Position numbers and translations under genes: made by a program. A model generated the notes under the pieces. That model worked only from the letters and a program-made list of their open reading frames with translations, ran no database searches and was not told the DNA's origin. From contig CM059427.1 in assembly GCA_030390025.1 (NCBI GenBank), positions 208,382,001 to 208,446,000 on the forward strand: 64,000 nucleotides of DNA, read 5' to 3'. Shown piece after piece: positions 1 through 12,300 of the stretch (position 1 is the stretch's first letter; every line of letters begins with the position of its first letter). Source of the stretch: Squalus acanthias (lineage: Eukaryota).

Positions 1-1409
1 ACACCGCACCGCAGGAAGTTTTGGACCAAGTAGGGAGGCAAAGAAGGGGTTTGGTGAACGATGCGTTCACTGCTTTTAACACAGGGACATCTGTGGTCAA
101 CGCTCTAGACAGTGTGGAGCTGCAGACCCAGATTAATGGTTTAAAAACACAGTTAAAGGATATTCTTACAGATGAGAATAAAGTGGTAGGGTCGGGTCTG
201 CACGAGGACCAAGCCATGACACTACACTTAAAAGAGATTATAGCAGAGCTGGAGAAACATGCGCGTACGGTAAATGCCCTGATTAGGGAAGATCGGAATG
301 CATCCGATCAAGCTGCGCAGAACGAGGTGTGCGTGCTTTACGGGGCGTGGTTACTGGGCGAGGGCCGCAGTAATTTGGAGGATTTAAAACAAGGTTTGGT
401 CCCGTCCTGGATAAGTAACAAACACCTGCGGGCGCTCCACCCTTTTCAGAATGCATTAAGTCCGTGCCAGCTCAGGCTAGCTTCAGAAGCTTACCCAGTC
501 CCCGTGGACTGCGGACGTTCAAACCATACTATTATGGGAATAGTATTACGCATGCCGGTTTTGGGCAACACAGCAAAGCCCGCCCCGGTATATCGGGTAG
601 AGAACATTGGTGTCATTCAGGGGGGAGCCCACATTCGTTATGCAGCGGTTCCACCTTACGTCATCCGCTGGGAGCAAACGATGACAGGTACAGATCTCTC
701 TGGTTGTCGTGGCAGGGGAGCACACATAATACTGTGCCCCCAGCACTTGAATGCCTTTTTAACACCACAGTGCGGGTTCAGAACGGCTGGCGCCAAGTCC
801 ATGAATTGCACCATGGAGGCAATGGCACAAGATCATGTGCCTCCGCAGGTAGCATACATCGGGGGTGGAACATATTGTGTTACCACTGCAGCGCAACACT
901 ACCAGCATGGAAACCGTAGCCGGTGTCCGGTGAGTGACAGCAGTTTCTGTTTTAAACCCAGGGCTGAAGTTCAAGTAGCACAACAGCGAATTATCCCAAT
1001 CCCTGAACCATCCACTGTTCATCTCACAGTAAAAGAGAATTTTACCGACTTGCAGCGATTTGTCGCACATTTTGGGTACCTCATTCCCCCTCTCCCTGAG
1101 CATTTAACCAAACTTCTAAAAGCCGTCGCGGTGTCACAAAAGCATTTCTATACATTAGAACAGAAAACCGTCGAGATAGGTACAGACATTTTGGACATAG
1201 TGGTTCCACCGTGGTGGAATCTGTTCACGAATATTGAAGTGCCCTCATGGGTCAGAATAGCCTCCCACATTTTAGTCGTCTGTCAAGTGTTTATTGTAGT
1301 ATACCTTTTGTTCATACATTGTAAAAGAGACAAGCGCCTCACCAAGCATGAGAACACGGGAGAGTGGCGAGAACGTTACGTGCGCGTGCACGACGAGAGC
1401 GCAGTGTAA
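1..1409 (+). CDS. env: Envelope/class I fusion glycoprotein of an endogenous retrovirus-like element (5' end outside window)
   Basis: Frame is open from the window edge to TAA at 1407-1409. It shows a furin site RQRR (36-47), a fusion-peptide-like GLVNDAFTAFNTGTSVVN, a heptad-like segment, a Cys-rich block (DLSGC...IILCPQH...CGF...NCT...TYCVTT), a TM helix (IASHILVVCQVFIVVYLLFIHC) and a short tail. A PPT and LTR follow. Confidence 0.85.
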   Translation, partial: TAPQEVLDQVGRQRRGLVNDAFTAFNTGTSVVNALDSVELQTQINGLKTQLKDILTDENKVVGSGLHEDQAMTLHLKEIIAELEKHARTVNALIREDRNASDQAAQNEVCVLYGAWLLGEGRSNLEDLKQGLVPSWISNKHLRALHPFQNALSPCQLRLASEAYPVPVDCGRSNHTIMGIVLRMPVLGNTAKPAPVYRVENIGVIQGGAHIRYAAVPPYVIRWEQTMTGTDLSGCRGRGAHIILCPQHLNAFLTPQCGFRTAGAKSMNCTMEAMAQDHVPPQVAYIGGGTYCVTTAAQHYQHGNRSRCPVSDSSFCFKPRAEVQVAQQRIIPIPEPSTVHLTVKENFTDLQRFVAHFGYLIPPLPEHLTKLLKAVAVSQKHFYTLEQKTVEIGTDILDIVVPPWWNLFTNIEVPSWVRIASHILVVCQVFIVVYLLFIHCKRDKRLTKHENTGEWRERYVRVHDESAV

Positions 1410-1826
1410 TGGGAAAATGGCGTCACTCCCGCTCGCCACGTGCGCCGCGGAAGTTTGTACTCATTGTAAATACGTTGGAAACTCGACATGTTTAAGAGTC
1501 GGGATTTGTTTATTTTGGTGATGGTGTTGATTGTTTGGTTTTTGGGTTTTGTTTTTCCTTCCCTTGAATAAAAGACAAATATACAGGTGATGCGTGAGGT
1601 ATCGGCCTGGTTACGCCGGGAAGGAAAACAAGTGGTGTAAGTTTAAGGGCAAATGATGCCTACGGTGATATAAAATGTGATTTTTTCTTGGGAAATGAGG
1701 ACGACATAGAGACCCTAGTGAAGTTAAAATTTTATGGGATTAATTTACTGGATTCGGAGTGAAATCGAGATAAGATTGCTCACCACTGAGATTTTTGATA
1801 CGATAAGCGGAGTTATTCGCATCAAC

Positions 1827-1835
1827 AGGAGGGAC
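1827..1835 (+). promoter_or_regulatory. Polypurine tract of ERV copy 1
   Basis: AGGAGGGAC immediately precedes the TG start of the LTR. Confidence 0.7.
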
Positions 1836-3458
1836 TGTAGAATTCGCAATTATCGCGATTTCATTTTAATAAGGAGAAAACACAAGTTTCGTTCAAAACA
1901 GCTTTTATTTCAGCGGAATGCTGTCAGGTTTAAATTGGACACAAGCAGCCTGTAAAATGGCCGCCGCACCGCGTGACAGAACATTCGAGACTTTTCAGCA
2001 GGCAGACAAGATGGCGTTCCAATAAACATTTTTGCAGGATCGATAACGATTCAGCACAGTGAAGACAATACACAGGACATTATGGGTTTACAGTATAAAC
2101 ATCGATACTGGGATCGGTCTCCCAGGTACAAAGGAAAGCCATCAAGGGCCCATCCAAAGGACATTAATATGTAAACTCCCAACGGCTCTACGATGAGAGA
2201 GCCGTTAGCAGGTAGTTATACAGGACACTTGGAAGCCCCAAACCCCTCCAGGGGGAACACCGACCGATTTAACAATGGGAGAAATATTAACAGGTACTCA
2301 AACATTCAGGAGTAGCCCCGAAACCCATTAAGGACAGAGATCACCCATACAGGACATTTTTGGGCGCCAAACCTTAAACAAAAGAATGGACATTGTAGTT
2401 GGGCGGGAAACGGAAGAACTGTGCACTATAATTGCAGGCCCAAACCGTCCATTCGCTCTCTTGCTTTTTTGCTCTTGACTCTTGCCGCTTGCTGCTGTTA
2501 TCATCGTGGCTGCTCCTGTGTTTTATCCGGTCGATTCGTAACCTCGTGGCTGCTCCTGGGTAAAAGACTGTTGCAAAGACCTATGTTGGTAGCTGGCAGC
2601 GGAACCGAAGGCCCGGGATGAGATGAGATGAGATGAGATGAGATGAGAGGAGAAGAGAAGAAGACCTTATCCATCGCCACGGTCAGTAAATCCCGACCGC
2701 GCCTGTAGGTCGATCAGCCAAGTCTTCTTGACAGGAAGTTCTCTTCTTTAACAAGACATATTGCATCAATGATAACTGGACTGTGTAAACACATCGTATC
2801 AGCGATATTGACAACGGTGCTCCACCATACCCTGTATCCAACCAACAGAGGTCTTCACTACAGCGGACGGTCCAGCCGACTGACCGAGCAGCAGAAGCAG
2901 TAAACAAGTGGGACCAGGAGATCTCCTGACCAACACGTGGGTGCTGCGGTGAAAAACATCCGATCAGCTATTCGGGATTTCTCCGAGTTATTACGAGTGG
3001 TGAGCATGAGTCTCGGGATCCTACGAAGCTAGTTTTAGGATAGTTATTGATAGGGGAGGGTTTAAAGATTAAGGATATTTGTAATGTGTGCCCTATTTAC
3101 GTTGTGCTGGTCGTTCCTCGTTTCCCTAAGAGTGATTATAACTGTTTGTAAGATTGTACTGTCATTAATCTGTGCATATGACATGTATTTCATAATTTTA
3201 AGTATCATGCAATAAAGATTTTCCATTTCGTACCGTTCAAACCAAGTCTACATGAGTTTTATCTCCATTACTGCTCTCGCATCTAAGTCCAGTGTCTAGA
3301 ACCGTAAGGGAGAGTGATTCGAACCACTCACAGGGGTGTCTAGTGTTCCCAGACTGGCTGGAGACCAGGCCTAGACCCGCACTGACATACAGGCTGCACA
3401 GAGCCGCGTGAACCTCACAGGCTACGAGACACGCAGGGTCAGGAGAGAATCCCTTACA
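1836..3458 (+). mobile_element. 3' LTR of ERV copy 1 (~1.6 kb)
   Basis: Starts TGTAGAATTCGCAA (compare TGTAGGCTTCGCAA in copy 2) and ends CCCTTACA. AATAAA at 3211, (GATGA)n at ~2617-2645, and an abrupt junction into the 35-bp satellite. Confidence 0.8.
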
Positions 3459-5697
3459 CCACACTGAATGTAATCGTGCTGAACTGGACCAGTCCATATC
3501 GAATGTAACCGTGCTGAACTGGACCTGTCCAAACTGAAGGTAAACCTGATGATATGGACCATTCCACACAGAATGTAACTGTGCTGAAAAGGACGTGTCC
3601 ACACTGAATGTAACTGTGCTGACCGAAAACTGTCCATATTGTATGTAACTGTGCTGAACTGAACCTGTCCACACTGAATGTAAACATGCTGAACTGGACC
3701 TGTCCACACAGAATGTAAACGTGCTGAACTGGACCAGTCCACACGGAATGTAAGCTTGCTTGACTGGACCTCTCCACGTTAAGTTTAACTGTGCTGAACT
3801 GTACCTGCCATCACTGAATGTAACCCAGTTGAAAGGGACCAGTACACAGTGAATGTAAACGTGCTGAACTGGGCCAGGGAACACTGAATGTAACTGTGGT
3901 GAACTGAACCTGTCCACTCTGAATGTAACGGTGTTGAACTGTACCCGTCCACACTAAATGTAAACATGCTGAACTGGATCAGTCTATACTAAATTTAAAT
4001 ATGTTAAACAGGACCTGTCCACTCCAAATTTAACTGTGCTTTACTGAACCTGTCAACACTGAATTTAACCGAGCTGAACTGGACCTGTCCACATTGAATG
4101 TAACCGTGCTGAACAGGACCTGTCCACACTGAATGTAAACGTGCTGAACTGGACCAGTCCACACGGAATGTAAGCTTGCTTGACTGGACCTCTCCACGTT
4201 AAGTTTAACTGTGCTGAACTGTACCTGCCATCACTGAATGTAACCCAGTTGAAAGGGACCAGTACACAGTGAATGTAAACGTGCTGAACTGGGCCAGGGA
4301 ACACTGAATGTAACTGTGGTGAACTGAACCTGTCCACTCTGAATGTAACGGTGTTGAACTGAACTCGTCCACACTAAATGTAAACATGCTGAACTGGATC
4401 AGTCTATACTAAATTTAAATGTGTTAAACTGGACCTGTCCACTCCAAATTTAACTGTGCTTTACTGAACCTGTCAACACTGAATTTAACCGAGCTGTACT
4501 GGACCTGGCCACATTGAATGTAACCGTGCTGAACTGGACCTGTCCACACTGAATGTAAACGTGCTGAACGAGACGAGTCCACACTGAATGTAACTGTGCT
4601 GAACTTGACCTGTCAACACTGAATGGAACTGTGATGAACTGGACCTGTCCACACTGAATTTAAACGTGCTGAACTGGACCTGTCCACACTGATTGCAACT
4701 GTTCTGAACTGGACCTGTTCACTCTGAATGTAACTGCTGAACTTGACCTGTCAAACTGAATGGAACTGTGATGAACTGGACCTGTCCACACTGAATTTAA
4801 ACGTGCTGAACTGGACCTGTCCACACTGATTGCAACTGTGCTGAACTAGACCTGTTCACTCTGAATGTAACTGCTGAACTTGACCTGTCAACACTGAATG
4901 TAACTGTGCTGAAATGGACCTGTCCACACTGAATGTAACTCTGCTGAATTGGCACTGTCCACACTGAATTTAACTCTGCTGAATTGGCCCAGTCCACTCT
5001 GAATGTAATTGTGCTGAACTGGACTTGTCCACACTGATTGTAACTATGCTGAACTGGACCTGTCCAAACTGAATGTAACCTTGCTGTTCTTGACCCGACC
5101 ACACTGAATGTAACCGTGCTGAACTGGTCCTGTCCACACTGAATGTAACGTTTCTGAAATGGATCTGTCCTCACTGATTGTAACCATGCTGAACTGGACC
5201 TGTTTGCACTGAATGTAACTGTGGTGAACTGGACCTCCCTGCACTGTCTGTAACTGTTCTGAACTGGATTTGTCCTCACTAAATGTAACTGTGCTGACTG
5301 GACCTTTCTGCACTGAATGAAGCTGTGCTGAACTGGACCTGTCCTCACTAAATGTAACTGTGCTGAAATGGAACTGTCTGCACTGAATGTAATTGTGCTG
5401 AACTGGAACAGTCCTCACTAAATGTAACTGTGCTGAAATGGAACTGTCCTCACTGAATGTAACTGTGCTGAACTGTACCTGTCCACACTGAATGTGTCTG
5501 TGCTGAACTGGACCTGTCTGCACTGAATATAACTGTGCTGAACTGGACCTGTCCACACTGAATGTAACTGTGCTGAACTGGAGCTTTCCACACTGATTGT
5601 AACCATGCTGAACAGGACCTGTCCACACTGAATGTAACTATGCTGAACTGGACCAGTCCACACTGAATGTAAATGTGCTGTACTGAACCTGTCCACA
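3459..5697. repeat. 35-bp tandem satellite (AATGTAACTGTGCTGAACTGGACCTGTCCACACTG), about 60+ units
   Basis: Tandem array is directly visible. The 35-aa periodicity in overlapping ORFs equals 3 units. Confidence 0.95.
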
Positions 5698-6153
5698 CGA
5701 AAAACACAGACTGTTGGTTAATGTGGCTTGACACTCTCAGATGGATTTGGAGGCAGCTGCTCGTTCTCCGTGCTTAGCCGGACTGAGCTGGATAATGACC
5801 AGGATCGACTTTTCCGATTGCAGGAACAGAGTTGCTGTGGTCAATTATAGCTTTTGCTGAGACCACTTAACTGAGCATTAAAGGGAGTAAACCTGTGAAT
5901 TCCTCCAGTAAAATACTCACTTTCACCTGGGCAAACAATCATTCACCATTTTATTATATTTTATGAAGATATCTACCCGGGATCATACTGTAATCTCTGG
6001 GTATTTCACTTCAGAACCGGGTCATAGTTATTTGAAGACATTCCATTCCATCAAAACATAAACACCACACTTGCAGCGGCTGCACTAATCTCTTTGTTTC
6101 AATTAATGTAATTAATATAACAGATCAAGGCATCTGATTATCTCCCTGGAGCC

Positions 6154-6170
6154 TGACATCAGGTATAAAT
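6154..6170 (+). promoter_or_regulatory. Putative core promoter of GPCR copy A (CRE-like TGACATCA + TATAAAT)
   Basis: TATAAAT lies ~50 bp upstream of the ATG at 6221. The same motif block is conserved in copy B at 38877-38893. Confidence 0.65.
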
Positions 6171-6644
6171 GTGACAATCTGTGAGTGGAGTGCAGAGTGC
6201 GCTCAGAGCTTCTGAGAGTAATGCACGGGATACCAAAAGGTATGGTCTTTCCCCTTTACTATCCCGTCATTGCAGCTATCGGCGTTCCAGGTAAAGTATT
6301 GGAGTTAGTTACTACTTATTGGTATCATTGGCTAACTGTATCACTGCTCCTATTTACGGGGAACGCTTGTCCCCTTTACCTGTATCTTTTCTGCCGTTTC
6401 ATGATATATTTTATCTCCTTTAACTGAAGCATTTCCCCCTTTGACAGTATAATTCCTCCCCCTTTACCGCGATAATTTCTTCCCTTTCTCGGCATAATTT
6501 CTTCCTTTTAACAGAATCACTGCCTAGTTTGAGTGCCTGATTCTGCAATATGTGTTTTAATGAGTTTTCAACAGAGCCGCCTCTTCAGCGGTACCAGTCC
6601 ATTTGCTCCGAGTGATGTTTTATTGAAATACATCAGTAGATGTC

Positions 6645-7030
6645 GCTGCACTGTGAGTGGTATTATCACACTATTATAATTGTGTGCATATATTTCCTAT
6701 TGTGTTACTGGTATTTCACTCTGAGGGGTATTATCACACTGTAATAACTGTGTACATATATTTCCTATTGTGTTATTGCTATTTAACTGTGAATGGTATT
6801 ATCGCTCTATTATAACTGTGTGCATATATTTCCTATTGTGTTATTGGTATTTCACTGTGAGTGGTATTATCACATTATTATAACTGTGTACATATAATTC
6901 ATATTGTGTTATTGGTATTTCACTGAGTGGTATTATCACATTATTATAACTGTGTGCATATATTTCCTATTGTGTTATTGGTATTTCAAAGTGAGTGGTA
7001 TAATTAAAGTATTATAATTTGTGGATATTT
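6645..7030. repeat. AT-rich ~66-68 bp intronic minisatellite (related array at ~8910-9200; counterparts in copy B at ~38240-38420 and ~36280-36500)
   Basis: Repeated CTATTGTGTTATTGGTATTTCACTGTGAGTGGTATTATCAC units. Confidence 0.85.
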
Positions 7031-7034
7031 GCAC

Positions 7035-7725
7035 TTGTACTTCTTGCATTTTAGAATACTGTATTCGCTGGTCAGGATGCGGTTGCCTCTATATTGGGGA
7101 GACCAAACGCGGATCGGGTGACCGCTTTGCTGAACACTTCCGTTCAATCTGCAAGCCTGACCCTGGGCTTCCGGACGCTTGTCTGTTTAATTCTCCAGCC
7201 CTCTCCCACTCTGCCCTCTCTGTCATCGGCCTCTTACAAGGTGCTAATGCAGCTCAACGGAAACTCACGCAACAGCACCTCGTCTTTCGAATAGGTATTT
7301 TACAACCTTCCAGACTCAAAATCGAGATCAACAATTTTAGATCAATACCACTGCTCCCATTTTTTGGACAGCAGGTGTTGGTAATGATTCTCCCATTGCC
7401 ATTTACACCTCCTCTAGATCAATCATTTGTTTCTTTACTTGTCCCATTAGGACCTCCTTTTTGTGTTGCACCATCATCCCTTTTGTCATTTAATCACTCC
7501 TGCCTTCTACCCATTCACTGACCTTCCCGTTAGTTCTTTCTTCCACTTGCCCCTTTCTCTGCCTCTGCACTTGCATCTCTAACTTTATCCAGTTCCGGCA
7601 AAAGTCGATCGACCTGAAATGTTAACTCTGTTTCTCGCTCCACAGATGCTGCCTAACCTGTTGAGTATTTCCAGCATTTTCTGTTTTTATTTCAGATTTC
7701 CAGCATCCTCAGTATTTTTCTTTTG
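7035..7725 (+). mobile_element. Penelope-like element 3' fragment (GIY-YIG endonuclease end + terminal repeat)
   Basis: YCIRWSGCGCLYIGETKR...RFAEH motif; same tail as the element ending at ~18650. Confidence 0.85.
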
Positions 7726-7784
7726 TACATCTATTTCCGATTGTGTTATTGTTGCTGTACTGGGAGCCGCATTAGCAGCCACAA

Positions 7785-8910
7785 CAACCTGCATTTATAT
7801 ATCGCCTTTAACGTATTAAAATGCTTCACAGGAGCGTTATCAAACAACATTTCACACCGAGCCACATAAGGAAATATTGGCACAGCAAAAGCTTGGGCAA
7901 ATAGGTAGGTTTTAAGGAGCGTTTTAAAGAAGGAGATAGAGGGAAAGCTCTCCGAATGATTTCGAATTAGGGAGGTTACAATGATAGGGAGGAGCGAAGC
8001 TCTGGAGAGATTTGAACACTAGTATGAGAATTTTAAAATCGTGGCGAGGCTGGACCGGGAGCCAATGGAGGTCAGCGAGCACAGGGGTGATGGATGAACG
8101 GGACTTGGTGCGAGTTAGTCTATGGGCAGCGGAGAATTGGATGAGCTAATTTTTATGGAGGGTGAAAGATGGGAGGCCGGGCAGGAGAGCATTGGAATAG
8201 TCAACTCTAGACGTAACAAAGGCATGGATGAGTGATTCAACAAGTTATGAGCTGAAGCGGGGGTGGAGACGATTATGTTACGGAAGTAGAAGTAGACGTT
8301 CTTGGTGATGGAGCGAATATGTGGTTGGAAGCTCAATTTAGGTCAAATAGGAGGCCAAGGTTACGACCTGTTTGGTTCAGCTTCAGACTATTGCCAGCGA
8401 GAGGGATTGAGTTGGCTAGCGAATAGAGTTTGTGCAGGGACCGAATACAATGGCTTCGGTCTACCCAGTATTCAGTTGGAGGATGTTCCTGCTTATTCAG
8501 TCCTGGATGTACTTCAAGCAGTGTGACAAACCAGAGACAGTGGAGAGGTCTAGAGGGGTCATGGTGAGGTAGAGCTGAGTGTCGTCAGCGTAGATGTGGA
8601 ACCTGCCGCTGTATTTCCGGATGATATCGCCGAGGGGCAGCATGTAGATGAGAAATAGGAGGGGCCAAGGATAGATCCATCAGGGATTCAAGAGCTAACG
8701 GTGCGGAGCGGAAAGATAAGTGATTGCAGCTGATTCTCTGGCTTCCAGGGTCGTTCCACCGAGCTGGATGACGGAGGAGAGGCGTTGGAGGAGTTTGGTG
8801 TGGGTAACCATTTCAAAGGCTGCAGATATTTCCAGAAGGATGAGAGGGATTGTTTACCACGGTCACAGACACATAGGATGTCATTTGTGATTTGGTAAGA
8901 GCTGTTTCAG
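7785..8910 (-). mobile_element. L2-clade LINE 3' fragment, decayed
   Basis: FQPHIRSITKNVYFYFRNI and YADD-type motifs on the minus strand. The orthologous copy in GPCR B is at 36530-37660. Confidence 0.75.
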
Positions 8911-9312
8911 CGCTATCATAATGGTGTGCATATACTTTCTATTGTATTATTTGTATTTAACTGTGGGTGAATTATGACACTGTTATTACTGTGTACATGG
9001 AGTTCTATTGTATTATTGACACTGTTAATGTGGCTGAATTATCACACTATTATCACTGTGTACATGGAGTTCTATTGTATTATTGACACTGTTACTGTGG
9101 GTGAATTATCACACTGTTATCGCTGTGTGCATGGAGTTCCATTGTATTATTGACACTGTTACTTTGGGTGAATTATCACACGGTTGTCACGTTTATCACA
9201 TTTAGTCCTATTGTGTCTGTATTTTCCCCGAACACCCACAACGCAGTTTTCTACTCTCAGTCTCTGACTCACACTGGTTGAGCTCGGCTGCCTCTTCCAC
9301 ATTCTGCTGCTG

Positions 9313-12300
9313 TCTTGAATAGGCGCCAATCACCAGGAGCAGGGGAGCTGAGACATCACTTGTAAATTGGGTGAGGCTCCTAGTGTATAAATGTAAACAT
9401 TTCTGCAGAGCACAGAGCGGTCTGCACAGAGCGGGCTTAAACGGAGTGGAGTTGAACAGAGTGTTTAATTGGGAATTTGGAAAGAGTGGGAATATCTGGT
9501 AAGTATTTTGTAAAAAGAAGCTGTAAAAAGTAAAACTTTGTTTAAGGTTTTGATTTTAACCTATAACTTTAAAAACTGTAGTTAACAGAAGCTGTTGCTA
9601 GTGGCAGTTAACTGTCAGTCAGCTTTAAGTGTTTGTCTTGAATATGCGCTAATCACCAGGAGCAGGGGAGTCGATTTATCACTTGTAAATTGGGTGATTT
9701 AGAAAGAGTGGGAATACAGAGAAGAGGGGGAAGGAGGTGTTGCTTGTTGCCAACACTACGATAGTGCTTTGTGTTTCAGTTAGATATTTAATTTCAGTTC
9801 CCTTAACTTGATCTAGATCAAGTGCGTGGTCAAGAAACTATACTGTTATCTAAGTTACCTAAATACAAATTGAATTACATTTAATTAAATAAAACAAGGT
9901 CATATAGGGCTGCTAGTGCAGGCGGTGTGCAACAACTGCAGCATGTGGGAGTTTGTGGAGAGCATTGTGATCCCGGACAACCACGTATGAAGCAAGTGCC
10001 TGCATCTTGATGCACTTCAGGTCAGAGTTTTTGAGCTGGAGTCTGAGGTGCAGACATTGCGGGGCATCGGGGATAAGGAGAGTTACCTGGACACTTTGAT
10101 CCAGGAGGCAGTCACAACCGTTAGGTTAGGTAGTTGTACATGTCAGGTTAGTGGTCATAGATAGGAGGTTGTGACTGCAAATCAGGCAGGTAAGGGGACC
10201 CCAGGTGCACTGCTGGAGGAGCCTCAGTGGTTGCCCTGGTCCAATAGGTATGAAGTCCTTGCTGCCGGTGTGGATGAGGGAAAAGCCTGAAGGATGGATG
10301 AGCAAGCTGACCGTGGCACTATGGTGCAGTGGGCCATTCAAGTGGGGGGAGTGACAGTGAATGCAGTTGCGGTAGGGGGCAGTATAGTCAGGGCGGTAGG
10401 TACTGTTCTCTGCAGCCACTACCGAGAGTACCGAAGGTTGCGTTGCCTGCCCGGTGCCAGGACTAAAGACATCTCCTCGCGGCTGGAGAAGAACTTGGAG
10501 TAGGAAGGGGAGGATCCAGTTGTCCTGGTCCACGTAGGAACCAACGACATAGGTAGAACTTGGAGTAGTTGGGGGAGGATCCAGTTGTCCTGGTCCACGT
10601 AGGAACCAACGACATATGTAGAACTAGGAATGATGGAATTCTGCTGAGGGAGTTTAAGGAGCTAGAATTCAAATTAAAAAGCAGAAGCTCAAAGCTAATA
10701 ATCTCTGGAGTGTTACCTGAGACAGGCGCAATTTGGCTTCGGGACAAACAGATTAGAGGTTTAAATGAGTGGCTCAAAGAAGGGGGTCAGTTCATGGGGC
10801 ACTGGCACCAGTACTGGGGAAAGAGGGAGCTGTTCCGCTGAGACGGGCTCCAATAAAACCGGGCTGGGTCTAATGTCCTGGTGAAACGAATAACTAGGGC
10901 AGTAAACAGGACTTTAAAATAATGAAAGGTTGGGGGGTGGTAGGATTCAGGAAAGGGTAAATTTAAAAGCAGCGAGAGTAATGTCAAGGATCTAGAGCAG
11001 AGTAGAGTTTTGGGTAAAAATAAGCAGTGTGTGTCAGGAAGGGGATGAGAGAACAACAAAGGTAATAAGGCATCAGTGACTAAGGTGAGATCAGGGAAAA
11101 ATAGAAATGAGTTAAAGCTAAAGGCACTATATCTGAATACACGAAGCATTCGCAACAAATAGATGAATTAATAGCGCAGATAGAAATAAACCAGTTGCAA
11201 AGTGGCCAAGGTTGGCAACGAAATATTCCAGGATACTTAACTTTTAGCAGAGGTAGGCAAAGTGGGAAAGGAGGAAGGGTAGCCCCGATAATAAAGGATG
11301 TGATGAAGACAGTAGAGAGAAAGGATCTTAGCTCCGATAATCAGGAAGTAGAATCGGTTTGCTGGAGCTAAGAAACAGCAAGGGGCAGAAAATATTGGTG
11401 GAGTTGTTTATAAGCCGCCAAAGAGTAGTTGTAATGTAGGGCAGAGTATAAATCAGGAAATTAGAGGCACATATAAGAAGGGGAATACAGTAATCATGGG
11501 GGACTTTAATCTACTTATAAACCAAATTTGCGGTAATAGTGTGGCGGACGAATTCATGGAATGTATGCAAGATAGTTTTACGAATATATGAACATACGAA
11601 TTAGGAGGAGGTATAGGCCAGTCGGTCCCTCGAGCCTGCTCCGCCATTCAATAAGATCATGGGTTATCTGATTACACCGCATTTCCGTCTACCCCCAATA
11701 ACCTTTCACCCCCTTGCTTATCAAGAATCTATCGACCTCTGCATTAAAAATATTCAAAGACTCTGCTTCCACCGCCCACTTTGGGCGGAGCTAAGAAACA
11801 GCAAGCGGCAGAACACATTGGTGGGGGTTGTTTATAGGCCCCCAAAGAGTAGTTGTAATGATGGGCAGAGTATATATCAGGAAATTAGTGGATGCATGCA
11901 ACAAGTGTAATACAGTAATCATGGGGTCTTTAATCTACACAGAAACCAAATCAGTATGTTGGGAAACCAACTAGGGAACAGGCTACATTAGATCTAGTAT
12001 TGTGCAATGAGAAAGGGTCAATTAATAACCTTGCAGTAAAGGGGAATTTAGGGAAGAGTGACCATAATATGATAGAATTTTATATTGAGTTTGAAAGTGA
12101 TTCAGTTGAACCCGAAACTAGGATCTCAAATCTAAACACAGCAAACTACGTAGGTGTGAGAGGCGAGTTTGCGAAGGTAGATTGGGAAACTACAATAAAA
12201 TGTATGATGGTAGAGAAATCCTGGAATATGGAATATACCGTGGAGAAACGTGAAGTTATCCACTTTGGTAGGAAAAATAGAAAAGCAGTGTACTTTTTAA

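Noticed and set aside
3237-5734. Many overlapping ORFs with 35-aa repeats; the array could be mistaken for CRISPR
   Set aside because: These are translations of a head-to-tail satellite with no unique spacers, in a vertebrate context.
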